Of a stretch of 32,568 nucleotides of DNA, positions 8,405-19,100 are shown one piece after another. Source of the stretch: a virus. Taxonomy: Duplodnaviria > Caudoviricetes. The position numbers and the translations under genes were made by a program. The stretch lies in the IMG/VR virus record IMGVR_UViG_3300048882_000813, positions 1 to 32,568 of that record; one strand, written 5' to 3'. How positions within the stretch are numbered: position 1 is the stretch's first letter; the number at the start of each line of letters is the position of its first letter. The notes under the pieces are model-generated. The model saw only the letters and a list, made by a program, of their open reading frames with translations, was not told where the DNA came from and made no database searches.

Positions 8405-9049
8405 ATGGCAAATCTATATAGTGCAATCGGCAAGCAGTCGGTGGGCAGTACCGATAACCTCTTTCAGGGGTATTGGTCGCACGTTGAATTCCGCAAGGGC
8501 GGATACAACATTACTGGCAACAAATATGTCAATGCAAACAAAGACATGTACCTGGGAGCCGTCCAAGAAGGCGTCCTAGAGGTCAGTCGTGAAGACAACG
8601 AGTACCTGGGAACGCTATTCCCCCGTGTAGTGGAGCTTCTCTCCCCGGCACAGGTTGGCATGACGTTTAGCGGGGAGATAGGCGAGCTGCACAAGGCCAA
8701 CCTTCACCTCATGGTGGGCGAAGATATCGAGGAGACATCACAGTTCATCTACCCAGGAGCCTCGTGCTCCTTCGGTGATGTCTTCGGAAGCCTCCGTTGC
8801 ATGAGAAAGAAGTGCAGCTCTGGTGACCCATTCATCATGGCAATCATGCTCTTCAAGACCATCGGGTCTGGGGCGTTCCAGATTGGTGGGGCAGCAGAAG
8901 TCATCGGGAGCGCCGTCGAGTTTCAGGCCCTCGATGACACCAATGGTGACTACGGCGGCAGCGAGTCGGCTCCTCTCGGGTATATCTATGCTCCAGACCC
9001 AGCCGCAGGCAGCACGCACGCTGGTGACCCGGCCTTCGTCGTACCGTAA
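8405..9049 (+). CDS. Major tail (tube) protein
   Basis: 214 aa, Gly-rich beta protein (YLGAVQEGVLEVSRE, MTFSGEIGELHKANL, VEFQAL.D) between the terminator and the chaperone/TMP; SD AAGGA; followed by a terminator hairpin. Confidence 0.75.
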   Translation: MANLYSAIGKQSVGSTDNLFQGYWSHVEFRKGGYNITGNKYVNANKDMYLGAVQEGVLEVSREDNEYLGTLFPRVVELLSPAQVGMTFSGEIGELHKANLHLMVGEDIEETSQFIYPGASCSFGDVFGSLRCMRKKCSSGDPFIMAIMLFKTIGSGAFQIGGAAEVIGSAVEFQALDDTNGDYGGSESAPLGYIYAPDPAAGSTHAGDPAFVVP

Positions 9050-9056
9050 CCGGCTT

Positions 9057-9124
9057 CGCTTGCCCCCTACAGACGCCACTCCTTCATCTCACCTACGTGA
9101 AGGGGTCCTGGGGGCAAGCGTTTT
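9057..9124 (+). terminator. Extended hairpin plus TTTT after the tail tube gene
   Basis: CGCTTGCCCCC (9057-9067) / GGGGGCAAGCG (9110-9120), inner stem CTCCTTCA/TGAAGGGG, followed by TTTT. Confidence 0.6.
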
Positions 9125-9166
9125 CATTCCATCTTGGCTGTAGTTTGGCCTTGATGCCTACGGATT

Positions 9167-9241
9167 GGGGCCCCTGCTTCCAGGTGGTGCCCTAGTCCGT
9201 TTTTTATTTCTTGGGCTTCTAGGGCACCCCCATCAGGCCCC
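9167..9241. terminator. Large hairpin just past the stop of the minus-strand chaperone GT ORF
   Basis: GGTGCCCTAG (9186-9195) / CTAGGGCACC (9219-9228), extended by GGGGCC..TG / CAGGCCCC; lies in the convergent intergenic region. Confidence 0.45.
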
Positions 9242-9242
9242 C

Positions 9243-10204
9243 TCACCCATCAGACCCGCGCCTATCGAGGACCGCCCCCATGGCCCTCGCTGCGGCCTTG
9301 AACTCTACTACGTTGCGGGTGTCGAGGTTGTGGACGTTGTAGTTCCTGCCAGCCTTGCGCCTAAACCAGGGATAGACAGTCTTAGAGCGCTGCTCACGCA
9401 TCGCGCCCTCGATGTTACTTGGCTCTATACGGTCTGAGGATGGCTGAGCGGGGGCTGGCGGGGGAAGCGGTTTGGAATCACCACCAACGATGGATGCCAC
9501 AACCTCAATGGGAAGCAGGCTGCTGGCCAACGACGCCTGCATGTCCTCCATGAACTGGGGACGAGACCTCGTCGTAAGATAAACGTTTCTGGACATGCCG
9601 AGCGCCGCAGATACCATCCCAACCATTACGTCATGATCGGGCAGCCACGATGGAGACGTTATTGCTCGGCCGTCACCATCGTCGCTAGGTTTCCCAGGAG
9701 TGACGCATACCCATTCAGGGCCCAAGCCTCGCGCACCACCTGTACGCCCTGTATAAGAGTCAGCTCAGAACGAATCAGGCGGCGTGTGGCCGCCGACCCG
9801 AGGAACTCGCCGTCACTACCGGTCTCTAAGTCGTCTGATGTTGCGGCCTCGCCGTTAACCAGAACGATGTGGTTTGCGTTGTTGTCGAGAAGGGCGATAG
9901 ACGCATCGCGTACTGCGGGGGCAAACTGCTTGCCTAATACCTTTCTGGCGGCGTCCCAAAGGCCGGGACCAATATCCGTCATGCGGGAGACGAAGTTCAC
10001 AGTTTCTGGATCTTCGCCACCAGTATTAAATAATGCCGCCACGGGCCCAATCAAAGCGCCAAGCTCAAGACTGTCAAGGACCGCTAGAAAGCGGGCCTCC
10101 TGGTCCAAGGTTGCGGTTTTCAGGACTAAGGTGTTTTCACCCACAGCAACTTCTACTTGCTTTGGGCGATACGCTTGGAATGGATCGGACTTCTTCCGTG
10201 ACAT
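9243..10204 (-). CDS. Tail assembly chaperone gpGT-like fusion via programmed -1 frameshift (about 320 aa)
   Basis: G frame 10204-9689 slips at G-GGA-AAC into the -1 frame of ORF 9243..9725 (GKPSDDGDGRAITSPSWLPDHDVMVGMVSAALGMS..), which has no convincing start of its own. Confidence 0.75.
9659..10204 (-). CDS. Tail assembly chaperone gpG-like (181 aa)
   Basis: ATG at 10204 with SD GAGGA; MSRKKSDPFQAYRPKQVEVAVGENTLVLKTATLDQEARFL (beta-beta-helix chaperone-like N-terminus); between tube and TMP; slippery heptamer nine codons before the stop. Confidence 0.8.
   Translation of the reverse strand: MSRKKSDPFQAYRPKQVEVAVGENTLVLKTATLDQEARFLAVLDSLELGALIGPVAALFNTGGEDPETVNFVSRMTDIGPGLWDAARKVLGKQFAPAVRDASIALLDNNANHIVLVNGEAATSDDLETGSDGEFLGSAATRRLIRSELTLIQGVQVVREAWALNGYASLLGNLATMVTAEQ
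9689..9695 (-). other. -1 ribosomal frameshift slippery heptamer GGGAAAC
   Basis: Minus strand reads ctG GGA AAC cta, i.e. X XXY YYZ in the correct phase (the lambda G-T site is GGGAAAG); the -1 frame stays open for 148 codons. Confidence 0.8.
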
Positions 10205-10266
10205 TATATCCTCACAATATGCGGGTTGCCTATCGCCCTTCGGAGATAACACATTGACTTATGATG

Positions 10267-10276
10267 TGATAGTCTT
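10267..10276 (+). promoter_or_regulatory. Extended -10 promoter-like motif TGATAGTCTT upstream of the TMP
   Basis: In the 80-bp AT-rich divergent intergenic region; the TMP ATG lacks an SD and lies 9 nt after TAGTCT; 9/10 identical to the 6813 motif. Confidence 0.5.
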
Positions 10277-10284
10277 ATTGCGCC

Positions 10285-13200
10285 ATGGTTGAAAGTTCAA
10301 GCAAAGAGCTAAAGCTGGTTTTGACGGCAACGGACAGGGACCTGCAGAAGGTTCTAAACCGTGTCAACAAAGAGCTAAAGCGGCTCGGTGAAGACACCGA
10401 CAAGAGCGCCAAGAAGGCGGGTGCCGCACTCGACCGCTTCTCGAACAAGGCAAAGGTCAGCACCAAGGGGGCAGGCAAGGCAATAAGCGGCTTCTCGAAG
10501 AGGAGCACTCGGGCCCTCAAGGTTCTTACCCGCGCCGTCTTCAACGTTCGTAACGGGATCTTGAGCCTTGGCGCAGGCGTTGTGGTTAAGTCGATAACTA
10601 CGTTTGCGAGCAAGTTCGAGCTTTCTTTAGCCAACATCAACACCCTCCTTGTGGACGGCGATGTAAGCATAGGCAGGTACAGGAAGCAGCTGCTCGCCCT
10701 GTCTAAGGTATCTTCAAAAGAGGTAATTGATCTAAGCAAGGCGCTGTATCAAACCATCTCGGCGGGTATCCCTGCAATAGAGGGGGCCTCTGGTGCGTTC
10801 GCCCTCCTGGAGAGGGCTCAGGCTGCAGCTGTGGCTGGCCTGTCAACGACGGAGGAGGCGGTCAACGCCATCGTTAGTGTCGTTAACGCCTATGGCCGAA
10901 CCAATGTTAGTGCAGCCGAGGCTAGTGACAAGCTCCTCAAGACGGTGGCCCTTGGCCGTACCACGTTTCCACAGCTGGCCAGTGCCATAGGCCGGGTAGC
11001 CCCGGTGGCTGCGGCATACGAGGTCAGCCTCTCAGACATGCTGGCCTCGTTGATCCAGTTTACTCGGGCAGGCTTGAGCACCAACGAGGCCGTGACCGGC
11101 CTGCGGAACTTAATCAAGAGCCTTACCCAGCCAACGGAGGAATCGCAGCGCGTATTAGACGCCCTCAACAAGAGCAGCGGAAAGGCCGCAGTCGAGTTCA
11201 CGGCAGCAGCGCTGCGGGCAAACGGGCTGCAGGGTCAGATGCGGCTTCTCACAGAGGCAACCGGTGGCGCGACCGAGACCATTGGGATGCTCTTTCCAAA
11301 TCTTCGAGCCACGCTTCCCGCCCTCATAGCGGTTGGAGAGAACGCCAAAGAAGCTGCCGGGTTCATGGACCAGCTGGACGCATCAGCTGGCCACGTTGAC
11401 GGCGCGGTCAAGAAGGTTGCCCCAACGTTTGATCAGGTTGGAAAGGTCTTCAAGTCGGTCTTGCAGTCTGCGTTCATCGAGGCCGGCGATAGGGTTATCC
11501 CCCTTCTTATCCGAAGGCTCAAAGAGCTAGGTAAATGGGTCGAGAAAAACTCAGAAGGGTTTAGCACGTTTTATGAGGGCGTAATAAAGCTCATAGATAG
11601 AGTTGCGCGCCTTGGGGCGATCATGGCGGGACCCCTCTTTAAGGTGGCGGCGTGGGCAGCGGCCACGGCAGTGATCGTGACGATGGGGAAGGGGCTTGCG
11701 GCGATAGTCGGCCTGGCCGTCTCTGTGCAACGTGCGTTTGCGGCGATGTCGGTGTCAGCGGCAGCGTTTGCCACAGCCACGGGGGCCACCGCCGGGCGCG
11801 TAATGGGCACAGCAATGCTTGGCCGCCTCGCTGTCGTTTTTAGCTCGGGAATCGGGGCCGTGCTCACGGGGCCATGGCTTGTGGCAATCGTGGCGAGCAT
11901 TGCTCTCATGGGTCCCGCAATAGCCGACGCCTTCAGGGACGTCTTTACAGACGCCGCCGAGGTGGCGGCAGCGGCGCAAGAGCAGCTCATAGACCGATCT
12001 AACGAAATCATCCGTCAAGTGAAAGAGGGTGGCTACAAGACGGTCAAAGAGATGATGTCCACCAGGAGGGGGGCCGACCTGGGGACGGCCCTCGAACTCA
12101 CCCCTGATGCCGTCCAAAGGATTAACGTCGAGATGCAGCCAGCGGGCGATGACCCGTTCTCGGCGTTTATGGCTGCGCTGGTTGAGGGGAACGTTGACCT
12201 TCCAGAGCTTAGCCTCGTTGACCAAGAGTCGCTGCGTGCTGATGCTCTTGCTCTAGCCGAAATCGGGGAGAAGATTAGGGCGCTGACCGAGGAAGTGGGG
12301 TCCGCCACCCTGAGCCCTGAAGCCCGCGCAGAAAAGTCGGATCTGACGGCTTCTTTGGCCTTCCATCAGCGGGCGATAGCGAGGAAGATGGAGGGCACCG
12401 CCGCTGCCGCAGCGTTGCGCGTGGCATCGAACGCCCATGCCAGCACGAAAGTGCAGACAATCTTCACTAACGAGGCCTCTCGTCTCATCTCGATACAGAA
12501 GTTCATTAAGGACGAGACGAAGGCTCTCATAAGCGAGGGCCTAGCACACGATGCTGCGACGATAGAGGCGCGCATGACGGCCATGACGGCCCTCAAAGAC
12601 CACATCAAAGAAGCCCATAACGACATCTTGGCGAGCCAGATGAAGCTCGATGAAGAGCTGGCCAAGGAGGGAGACCTAAAGGCAAGGGCGAACAGGCTCG
12701 CCGGCGAGGTCAACGAGGCCACGCTGGCTCGATCAGGTGTACGGCTTGAAGAAATAAAGACAGCGAAGAAAGAGTACGAGCTGCAGAGGAAGGTGGTCGC
12801 AGAAACCAGGGCCAAGCTAGAGGATGAGTATAAGGTCAGAAAGAGGAACCTTGTGGCCACCCTCAAAGAGGTGGCCGCAGAGACAGACGGGATGGAGCTA
12901 CAGAGGCTGAAGGCGTCTCTCATTGAGAAGCAGCGCAAGGACGCAGAGAAGGCCAGGAGGATTGAAGCGGCGCGGCGCGTATTCCAGAACAACGCAGAGC
13001 GCTACATGCGGCTGATGGAGCGAATCCAGGCAGAGGTAAACGCGCTTCTGTCCAAAGAGCTGAAGATTAGAGAGGCTGGCCTAAAGTTCGAGCTTCGCGC
13101 CAACAAGGCGCTGCAAAAGAAGGCCGACACCTACAAAGACCTAGACGCGCTACTCACCGCCCGTGGGGCCCTCTTCGATCGCCTGGCACAACAGCAGCAG

Positions 13201-16107
13201 GACGCAGCGGACGCAGAGCGGGAGAGGGACGACGCAGCGGCAAAGGCGTCGTTTGACCAACGAAAGCGAAAGCTAGAAGAGACGGGTGTGCGGAGTGGGA
13301 AGGTCGGGGACAAGGGCGCAAAACTCATTGCCAAAGACGTGGCCAAAGCCAAAGAGGCGATGAACCAAACGCTCCACCTCAATGAAACGAGGCGTGAGCA
13401 GACGCGGGCTAACATCGAGTTTGACCACCAAGCGAATCTCATCTCAGTAGACAAGGCCAGAGAAGAGGGCGTTGAGAGAATCTCCAAGAGGCTAGCTGCC
13501 GGTGCCGCACGATGGCACGACATGTTTAACCCGCAGGATATTTGGGTAGAGGCATTAGCCTTCGTGGACAGCATGGTTGCGTTTGCTGAACAGCTGGCTG
13601 CTCTAGAGCAAAAGCGGGCCCAGAAGTTCATTCAGTACAACGAGCTTCGCAAGCGGGCAGCCAAGGAAATAGCTGCGATATACGACATCTCCGATAACGC
13701 CGCAGCGGTGAAGCTACTCGATGTCGCAGACCGGGTCGCCAGCGGCAGCGAGGTGCTGAAGGATCACTTCGTAACGGCCGCAGTGGCAGCCGCAAGGATG
13801 AAGACAGCTTCGCTTCAGGCGGCGTCTGGGATAGCCGGTGCCTTCGGGGCCCTGATATCTGGGGGCGACGAGGCAGCTAAGCGAATAAAGCAAGCCAGCA
13901 CCGACCTCGACGCAATTAAAGACATCTGGGATAAAAAGGCGGTCGGCCCCGATATTGAGGGGATTCATCCATTTGACCGCGCCCTTGGGGGTCTTGACGC
14001 ACCGTCTCTCGGTAAACTCACCTGGGATGAACTCGAAGAGCTTCAGAAGCGCGGGGTAGAGGGGGGCGACCTCCAGGCCAGAACGAGCTTAAAGGTTATC
14101 GCTGCCGACATGGCAGAGATTGCGGCGGATACGCTGCGCGGGGTAGGGGCGGGACTTGCGACTTCGATTGCCGGGGTTATTAATAGCGCCACCAGGGCGG
14201 CCACGGCTGGGCTTGAGGGCGCGGGGGTGGCGCTGGCCTCTGCGGCGGGACTTGTTTCCCTAGACTTCAACAAGTTCGGTGATGACCTCTCCTCAAAGCT
14301 CGTCGAGGGAGGAAACGCGCTCACAAGCTCGATTAGCCTCTCGTTCACCACCATCATCGATTCCGCACAAGGCTCGATTGCTGAAGCCCTAGACAAGGCC
14401 GCAGTGGTGGTCTCTGAACGGGTTGACCCTGGGGGAAACGAGGCCCGCAGCGCGCTCCTTACGCAGTCGCTAAAGGACGGTGGCGAACTAATAGCGGCCG
14501 GTATCAGCACATCTCTCAGCCTGGGGGCGAAGACGCTTACCATGGCATTCGAGGGGTTCGTAAGTCTTCTTGCCCGCACCCTCGACGCAACACTGAAGCC
14601 AATCGTATCGACCATTCAGGCCCCTGTGGACATGGTTTTCGGCGGCCTCGGTGAGGCGCTAGGCGTTCTCACGCAAACGCGGAAGGACGCAGCGCAGGAA
14701 CGGAAAGACAGACAAGAGCGGCTGGCACTACTCAGAGATGAGTTTGAGGTCCTTCTCACCGCAGCTGAGGCCCAGGGTGCAAGCAACGAGGAGATTGCCA
14801 GACTGCAATCACGGTTCGAGCGCGACAAGGCGGCGCTTCTTACGGAGGAATCTCCAGAGAGGACACTCGCCAACGTGTTTACCGATGCGCTCGCCATGGT
14901 TGGGGAGATAGTTAACAAGCTCCCCGAAATCGTTAGCACGTTCCTCGTTCTTCTGGTTGGGGCCATCCCCATTATTATACCGAAGCTCATGAAGGTCTTC
15001 GGTGAGACAATCACGGTTCTCGCGTCTCGACTGGGAGACATTCTCTCATCGACCATCAACGCGATTGCTGATGGACTTCCGGCCCTGGTTAATGGCCTGG
15101 CCGAGGCCCTTCCCGACATCGTAAGCGGCATCATGGAAGGCCTCATCACCCTGATGGAGAGGCTCCCAGAAATCGTATCGACCATTGTCGATGGCATGGC
15201 AAAGGCCCTGCCCCGAATGATTGATAGGCTCATCGCAGCCGTACCGGAGCTGGTCACGAAGTTTGCTGCCGCGATACCAGAAATTGTGGGAGCAATCATT
15301 GGAGGCATCATTGAGATGTGGCCACAGATTATGCTTCTGTGGCCACGTATTGTGGTCGCCATCATCTCAAGCCTTCCCGAGATAATCGCCGCATTCATCT
15401 CCTCGATACCGGAGATGGTGGACAAGATAATCCAGAGCTTTAAGAACTCAGGCAACGAGCTGATGAAGAGCATATTAAAGCCTCTCGGAGACTTCTTTAA
15501 GCGGCTGGTAGACAAGCCTGGAGAAACATTCAAGAAGGGCGGCGAGCTTGGGCAGCGGCTCGTTGGAGACAATATCCTTGGAGAAATACTCGACCACCCT
15601 GTCACCCGCGTCCTTATGGCTATCCCAACCCTTGGCCTGTCGGAAGGGGCGAGGTTTCTTAGCGGGCTAAACCAGGGCGGGGTCATTACGAACGCAATGC
15701 GAAACGCAAGCGCGGCGAACATGTTCAGAAACATGGGAGCGCAGGGGTACGTGGCTGGCGGGATGGTAGACGCATTCAACTCTCGAATGAGGGCGTCTGC
15801 CCTTGATACTGTGCCAGCGCTTCTGCAGCCAGGCGAGGGCGTTTTGAACCGTGCTGCGGTCGGACGCATGGGTGGTCCACAGGCGGTTAACGCCATGAAC
15901 GCAGGAGGCGCGACGGGGGACGTCAACGTCAGTGTCGGAATCGTTCCAAACCCCACCGGCCTTCAGGCCGCCGCAGCGGCCTTGTTGCCACTCTTGGTGA
16001 GCGGTATCGTGACCCAGATTAACCAGGGAACCGGGGCAATGACTACGGCGATGGATCGGCAGAGCACGCAGCTGTTGGGATTTCAGGGCGTTCCAGGAAG
16101 AGGGTAG
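10285..16107 (+). CDS. Tail tape measure protein (TP901-type core domain), 1940 aa
   Basis: FASKFELSLANINTL..LSKALYQTISAG..LGRTTFPQLASAIGRVAPVA core; Ala-rich helices, hydrophobic segment, coiled coils, ~11-residue LPEI repeats; C-terminal GYVAGGMV..DTVPALLQPGEGVLN motif. Confidence 0.95.
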   Translation: MVESSSKELKLVLTATDRDLQKVLNRVNKELKRLGEDTDKSAKKAGAALDRFSNKAKVSTKGAGKAISGFSKRSTRALKVLTRAVFNVRNGILSLGAGVVVKSITTFASKFELSLANINTLLVDGDVSIGRYRKQLLALSKVSSKEVIDLSKALYQTISAGIPAIEGASGAFALLERAQAAAVAGLSTTEEAVNAIVSVVNAYGRTNVSAAEASDKLLKTVALGRTTFPQLASAIGRVAPVAAAYEVSLSDMLASLIQFTRAGLSTNEAVTGLRNLIKSLTQPTEESQRVLDALNKSSGKAAVEFTAAALRANGLQGQMRLLTEATGGATETIGMLFPNLRATLPALIAVGENAKEAAGFMDQLDASAGHVDGAVKKVAPTFDQVGKVFKSVLQSAFIEAGDRVIPLLIRRLKELGKWVEKNSEGFSTFYEGVIKLIDRVARLGAIMAGPLFKVAAWAAATAVIVTMGKGLAAIVGLAVSVQRAFAAMSVSAAAFATATGATAGRVMGTAMLGRLAVVFSSGIGAVLTGPWLVAIVASIALMGPAIADAFRDVFTDAAEVAAAAQEQLIDRSNEIIRQVKEGGYKTVKEMMSTRRGADLGTALELTPDAVQRINVEMQPAGDDPFSAFMAALVEGNVDLPELSLVDQESLRADALALAEIGEKIRALTEEVGSATLSPEARAEKSDLTASLAFHQRAIARKMEGTAAAAALRVASNAHASTKVQTIFTNEASRLISIQKFIKDETKALISEGLAHDAATIEARMTAMTALKDHIKEAHNDILASQMKLDEELAKEGDLKARANRLAGEVNEATLARSGVRLEEIKTAKKEYELQRKVVAETRAKLEDEYKVRKRNLVATLKEVAAETDGMELQRLKASLIEKQRKDAEKARRIEAARRVFQNNAERYMRLMERIQAEVNALLSKELKIREAGLKFELRANKALQKKADTYKDLDALLTARGALFDRLAQQQQDAADAERERDDAAAKASFDQRKRKLEETGVRSGKVGDKGAKLIAKDVAKAKEAMNQTLHLNETRREQTRANIEFDHQANLISVDKAREEGVERISKRLAAGAARWHDMFNPQDIWVEALAFVDSMVAFAEQLAALEQKRAQKFIQYNELRKRAAKEIAAIYDISDNAAAVKLLDVADRVASGSEVLKDHFVTAAVAAARMKTASLQAASGIAGAFGALISGGDEAAKRIKQASTDLDAIKDIWDKKAVGPDIEGIHPFDRALGGLDAPSLGKLTWDELEELQKRGVEGGDLQARTSLKVIAADMAEIAADTLRGVGAGLATSIAGVINSATRAATAGLEGAGVALASAAGLVSLDFNKFGDDLSSKLVEGGNALTSSISLSFTTIIDSAQGSIAEALDKAAVVVSERVDPGGNEARSALLTQSLKDGGELIAAGISTSLSLGAKTLTMAFEGFVSLLARTLDATLKPIVSTIQAPVDMVFGGLGEALGVLTQTRKDAAQERKDRQERLALLRDEFEVLLTAAEAQGASNEEIARLQSRFERDKAALLTEESPERTLANVFTDALAMVGEIVNKLPEIVSTFLVLLVGAIPIIIPKLMKVFGETITVLASRLGDILSSTINAIADGLPALVNGLAEALPDIVSGIMEGLITLMERLPEIVSTIVDGMAKALPRMIDRLIAAVPELVTKFAAAIPEIVGAIIGGIIEMWPQIMLLWPRIVVAIISSLPEIIAAFISSIPEMVDKIIQSFKNSGNELMKSILKPLGDFFKRLVDKPGETFKKGGELGQRLVGDNILGEILDHPVTRVLMAIPTLGLSEGARFLSGLNQGGVITNAMRNASAANMFRNMGAQGYVAGGMVDAFNSRMRASALDTVPALLQPGEGVLNRAAVGRMGGPQAVNAMNAGGATGDVNVSVGIVPNPTGLQAAAAALLPLLVSGIVTQINQGTGAMTTAMDRQSTQLLGFQGVPGRG

Positions 16108-16109
16108 GA

Positions 16110-19100
16110 ATGGCAGTAATAAAGAGCACGCAGCCGCGTAGATATATCGTGGTGCAGGACCCGAATGTCGAAGGGGCGGTCGTGGTAGGCAGCCCAGTCT
16201 GCAGCGAAACCGTTGTTGACGTTGAGAGCGCCAATGTCACAGACGTGATTCAAGCTGAACAGGCCGACGCCTACGAGGAGGGTGGCCTCTATGCAGAGGC
16301 CGCAATCAAACAGGGGGACACCACCCCTCTCGGGGTTGTGACACTCAAGAACGGCGATGTCTTATTTACGGGGAACGACACCCGACAGGGTGACGTGAAC
16401 GTTACAGCGGCAGGGGCCCCTGAGCCAACCTATGCCGCAAGCAATGGCCTCTTCCTGCCAGCCCCGCCAGCCCCGCACGCGCTAGAACTTCCGCCTTACA
16501 TGCCCAGCGTTCGGCGGAACGACAAGATTAAAGGCGACGGCATAATCAGCACAGCCGGAAGCGGAGACGAGGCAAGGTACACCTTTAGGAAAGAGGGTCA
16601 AACGCAGTGGCAGTATCGGGCAACCCCTAATTATTATGGCAAGGTGCCAGAGGTCCTAGCGAGGGACGTTGGGACGGAGATGTTAGGCAGGTCGTACTTT
16701 CGGCCAGGCTTCTGTTCGCTGAAAAACGGGAACCTTCTCAGCTTCTACATCAATGGAACGTCGCCACCGTATCAGTGGTTTCAGACATCCATGACAACCC
16801 AAGACGCCGCCGAGGGGGAGGGCCATGCGGGTGACCCGCTTTATTCTGGCCCCACGCCTGTCGAGAACCGAAACACTCAGGCAAGCCTTCATCTGCTGGT
16901 AAAGGGGGAGATGTTTTGGAGCAATGGCCGCATTCAAACTATCCCTGGGCCACCTGTCGCAGACGGCTCCAACCTCGGGGCCGACTACTATCAACTCACG
17001 AGCCATGACGTCGTGCAGTTCGATGACACTGAAGAGGTGCTCTACCTGAGCGCGGGGTTCCTGGGGAAGATGAAAGACAACGACCTCTACGCCAACGCCT
17101 TCTTCGGTGTAGACGCCCTGCGTACAGAGCTTGATTCTTACGACAGCTTCTATTCTGGCGGCGACACCACGGCGGGCGTGACAAATGACCTTCAGTCCAC
17201 TCCTCGATCTTACAACCGATTCAAGCAGGGGAATACTGCAGATACCAATAAGCCTGGAGACATCTCGGGGGTGACAATTAGCACCATCCCCCTCGACATC
17301 ACTTCCCAAGTGCTGCCTACCGGCCGCCTTGTCTGCGTCATGGCGACCCAGACACAGCTCCTATCCATGGTCTCAGACGACAGGGGCAAGACGTGGCGAG
17401 GCAACCAGGTTCTAGACCTAACCTTTGGTGACCTTGATACTGAAACCCTTGAGAGCACGACGATGAGGCAGCGCTATGCGAGCGTCAGCTCGTGCCTAGA
17501 TAGAAACGGCCAGATGGTGGTGCTGCTGGTATGCAATGGCACCGGTTCGAGAGCCAAGACAGACGACTGGAACAGCGGGACAGAAACCAACAGGCCCCAG
17601 TCGGTCATTTCGCTTTTTGTAACTGGTGACGGGGAGATGTTCGGCTCAGAGAAGCGCCTCGGCGTCGGGGAGTTTACTGCGAATTGGGACACCTCGACAT
17701 TCTCTGCAGAGAATGTAATAGACGAATCGGTGTTCGCCCTCTCTGGCGCTGTCTGCATGACACCGGTTGGCTTCATCCACGTTCAGGTTACAAGCCTGAA
17801 GATGGGGTCTCCGTGCGGCACACACGTTCAGTGGGTGGTGACCCGAACACTCTCCATGAGAGACGTCGCCTCTGGAGCCTCTGGCCAAGAGGTTGCCAGG
17901 AGCATTCCCGACGTCATTCAGCAGTCTGCCTCTCCGTTGAACTCTCGCACCCACAGGTTTGTGCCTGGCCTCGTTCAGTATGGGGCGGAAAACTCGGCGT
18001 CGGCCGGGTTTCCGAGGATGGTGGCTATCTTCCAGGACGCCTTTGGCTACCCACCGCTTCTAGCCGTGGCTCCCGCTGTAGCCGGTCCCGTGTTGGATTT
18101 CGGTGCAAACACTCAGGGCCCCAATGGTTGGATCGGGGCGGTGGAGCAGTGCAGAACTGGCGGGTTTGGAGCTGCGGGGAGCATAAGCAGTCGCCAGAAC
18201 TTCGGCGGCGGGCCCATCTGGTCAAACGGCCCTATCGACATCGAGGCCGTGCTATGGCGCGGCCAAATCGTGACGTCGCTGTGTTTTAAGTTTGAGGACC
18301 GCCCGATGGACTGGCCTGGGGCCTATGCGATGTCCGTCGGTTCTGGTCTGCCCTGGGAGAATGCCGAGTGGCCCTCTGGAGAGCAGACATATGAGCGCTC
18401 TGTGATGGTTGTGCAGAGTGGGTTCCACCAGCCCGCCAATGTCCACATCCCGACACAATTGGCGATTGGGGCACCTCTTCTGCAGATTGAGAGCCCGAGC
18501 GCCAACAGGGTTGACGCAACGCAGGCTGTGACGCTGAATGCCCCAGAAGCGCCAGACCGGGAGTGGTACCGTGGCCAGATGTTGGGCAACGAGTTTGGTG
18601 CAAACGTCTGGAATTTAAGCTGGTTTGCGGCGGCGTCTCCAGACCAGCAGGGCTGGTGGCTCAAATCGGACGTAGCCGCACCCAGCGCAGGCTATCCCCG
18701 GTATGTAGATTCTGAAACCCTTCGGACAGGGGACGACTACAAGCGGCGGTATGTCGGCGGAGCGTGGCAGACGTTGGCAGACATTTTCATCGGATCGAAC
18801 TATTCATACTGTACGTTTCCGGGAGGATTTCGTTCATACGACAGTGGCCCCGCTGAGATCACAAGGTTTTCTGGTCGAGACATCTTCCCGAATAGCCGGG
18901 GGTGGATGCTGAAAACTCTGGCAGACACGACGGACGGGACGGAGCAAGACATCTACCCTTATTATACTGACCCCAATAAGGAGTCGCTTAGCTTCGTCTG
19001 CCGAGCCGTCGTTCTTATTGATTATGGGGCAGACTACCTTCCCGTGTCTGATACCAACTGGGACCCTAACATGGGCATCAAGATTGGGCTCATAGACGAG

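Noticed and set aside
9158-9232. Minus-strand micro-ORF MGCPRSPRNKKRTRAPPGSRGPNP after a G-rich SD-like run
   Set aside because: Only 24 aa and coincides with a hairpin; no support for coding.
9050-10284. Recombinase-driven invertible segment around the chaperone cassette
   Set aside because: No matching inverted repeats found between the two flanks by eye, and no invertase in the window.
9633-10292. 219-aa plus-strand ORF that would keep the tail operon co-directional
   Set aside because: Ser/Arg-rich shadow composition and no SD; the minus strand has the SD, the chaperone-like sequence and the in-phase slippery site.
14616-15956. 446-aa minus-strand ORF
   Set aside because: Antisense shadow of the tape measure gene; Ser/Pro/Arg/Met-rich, no motifs, explained by codon bias.
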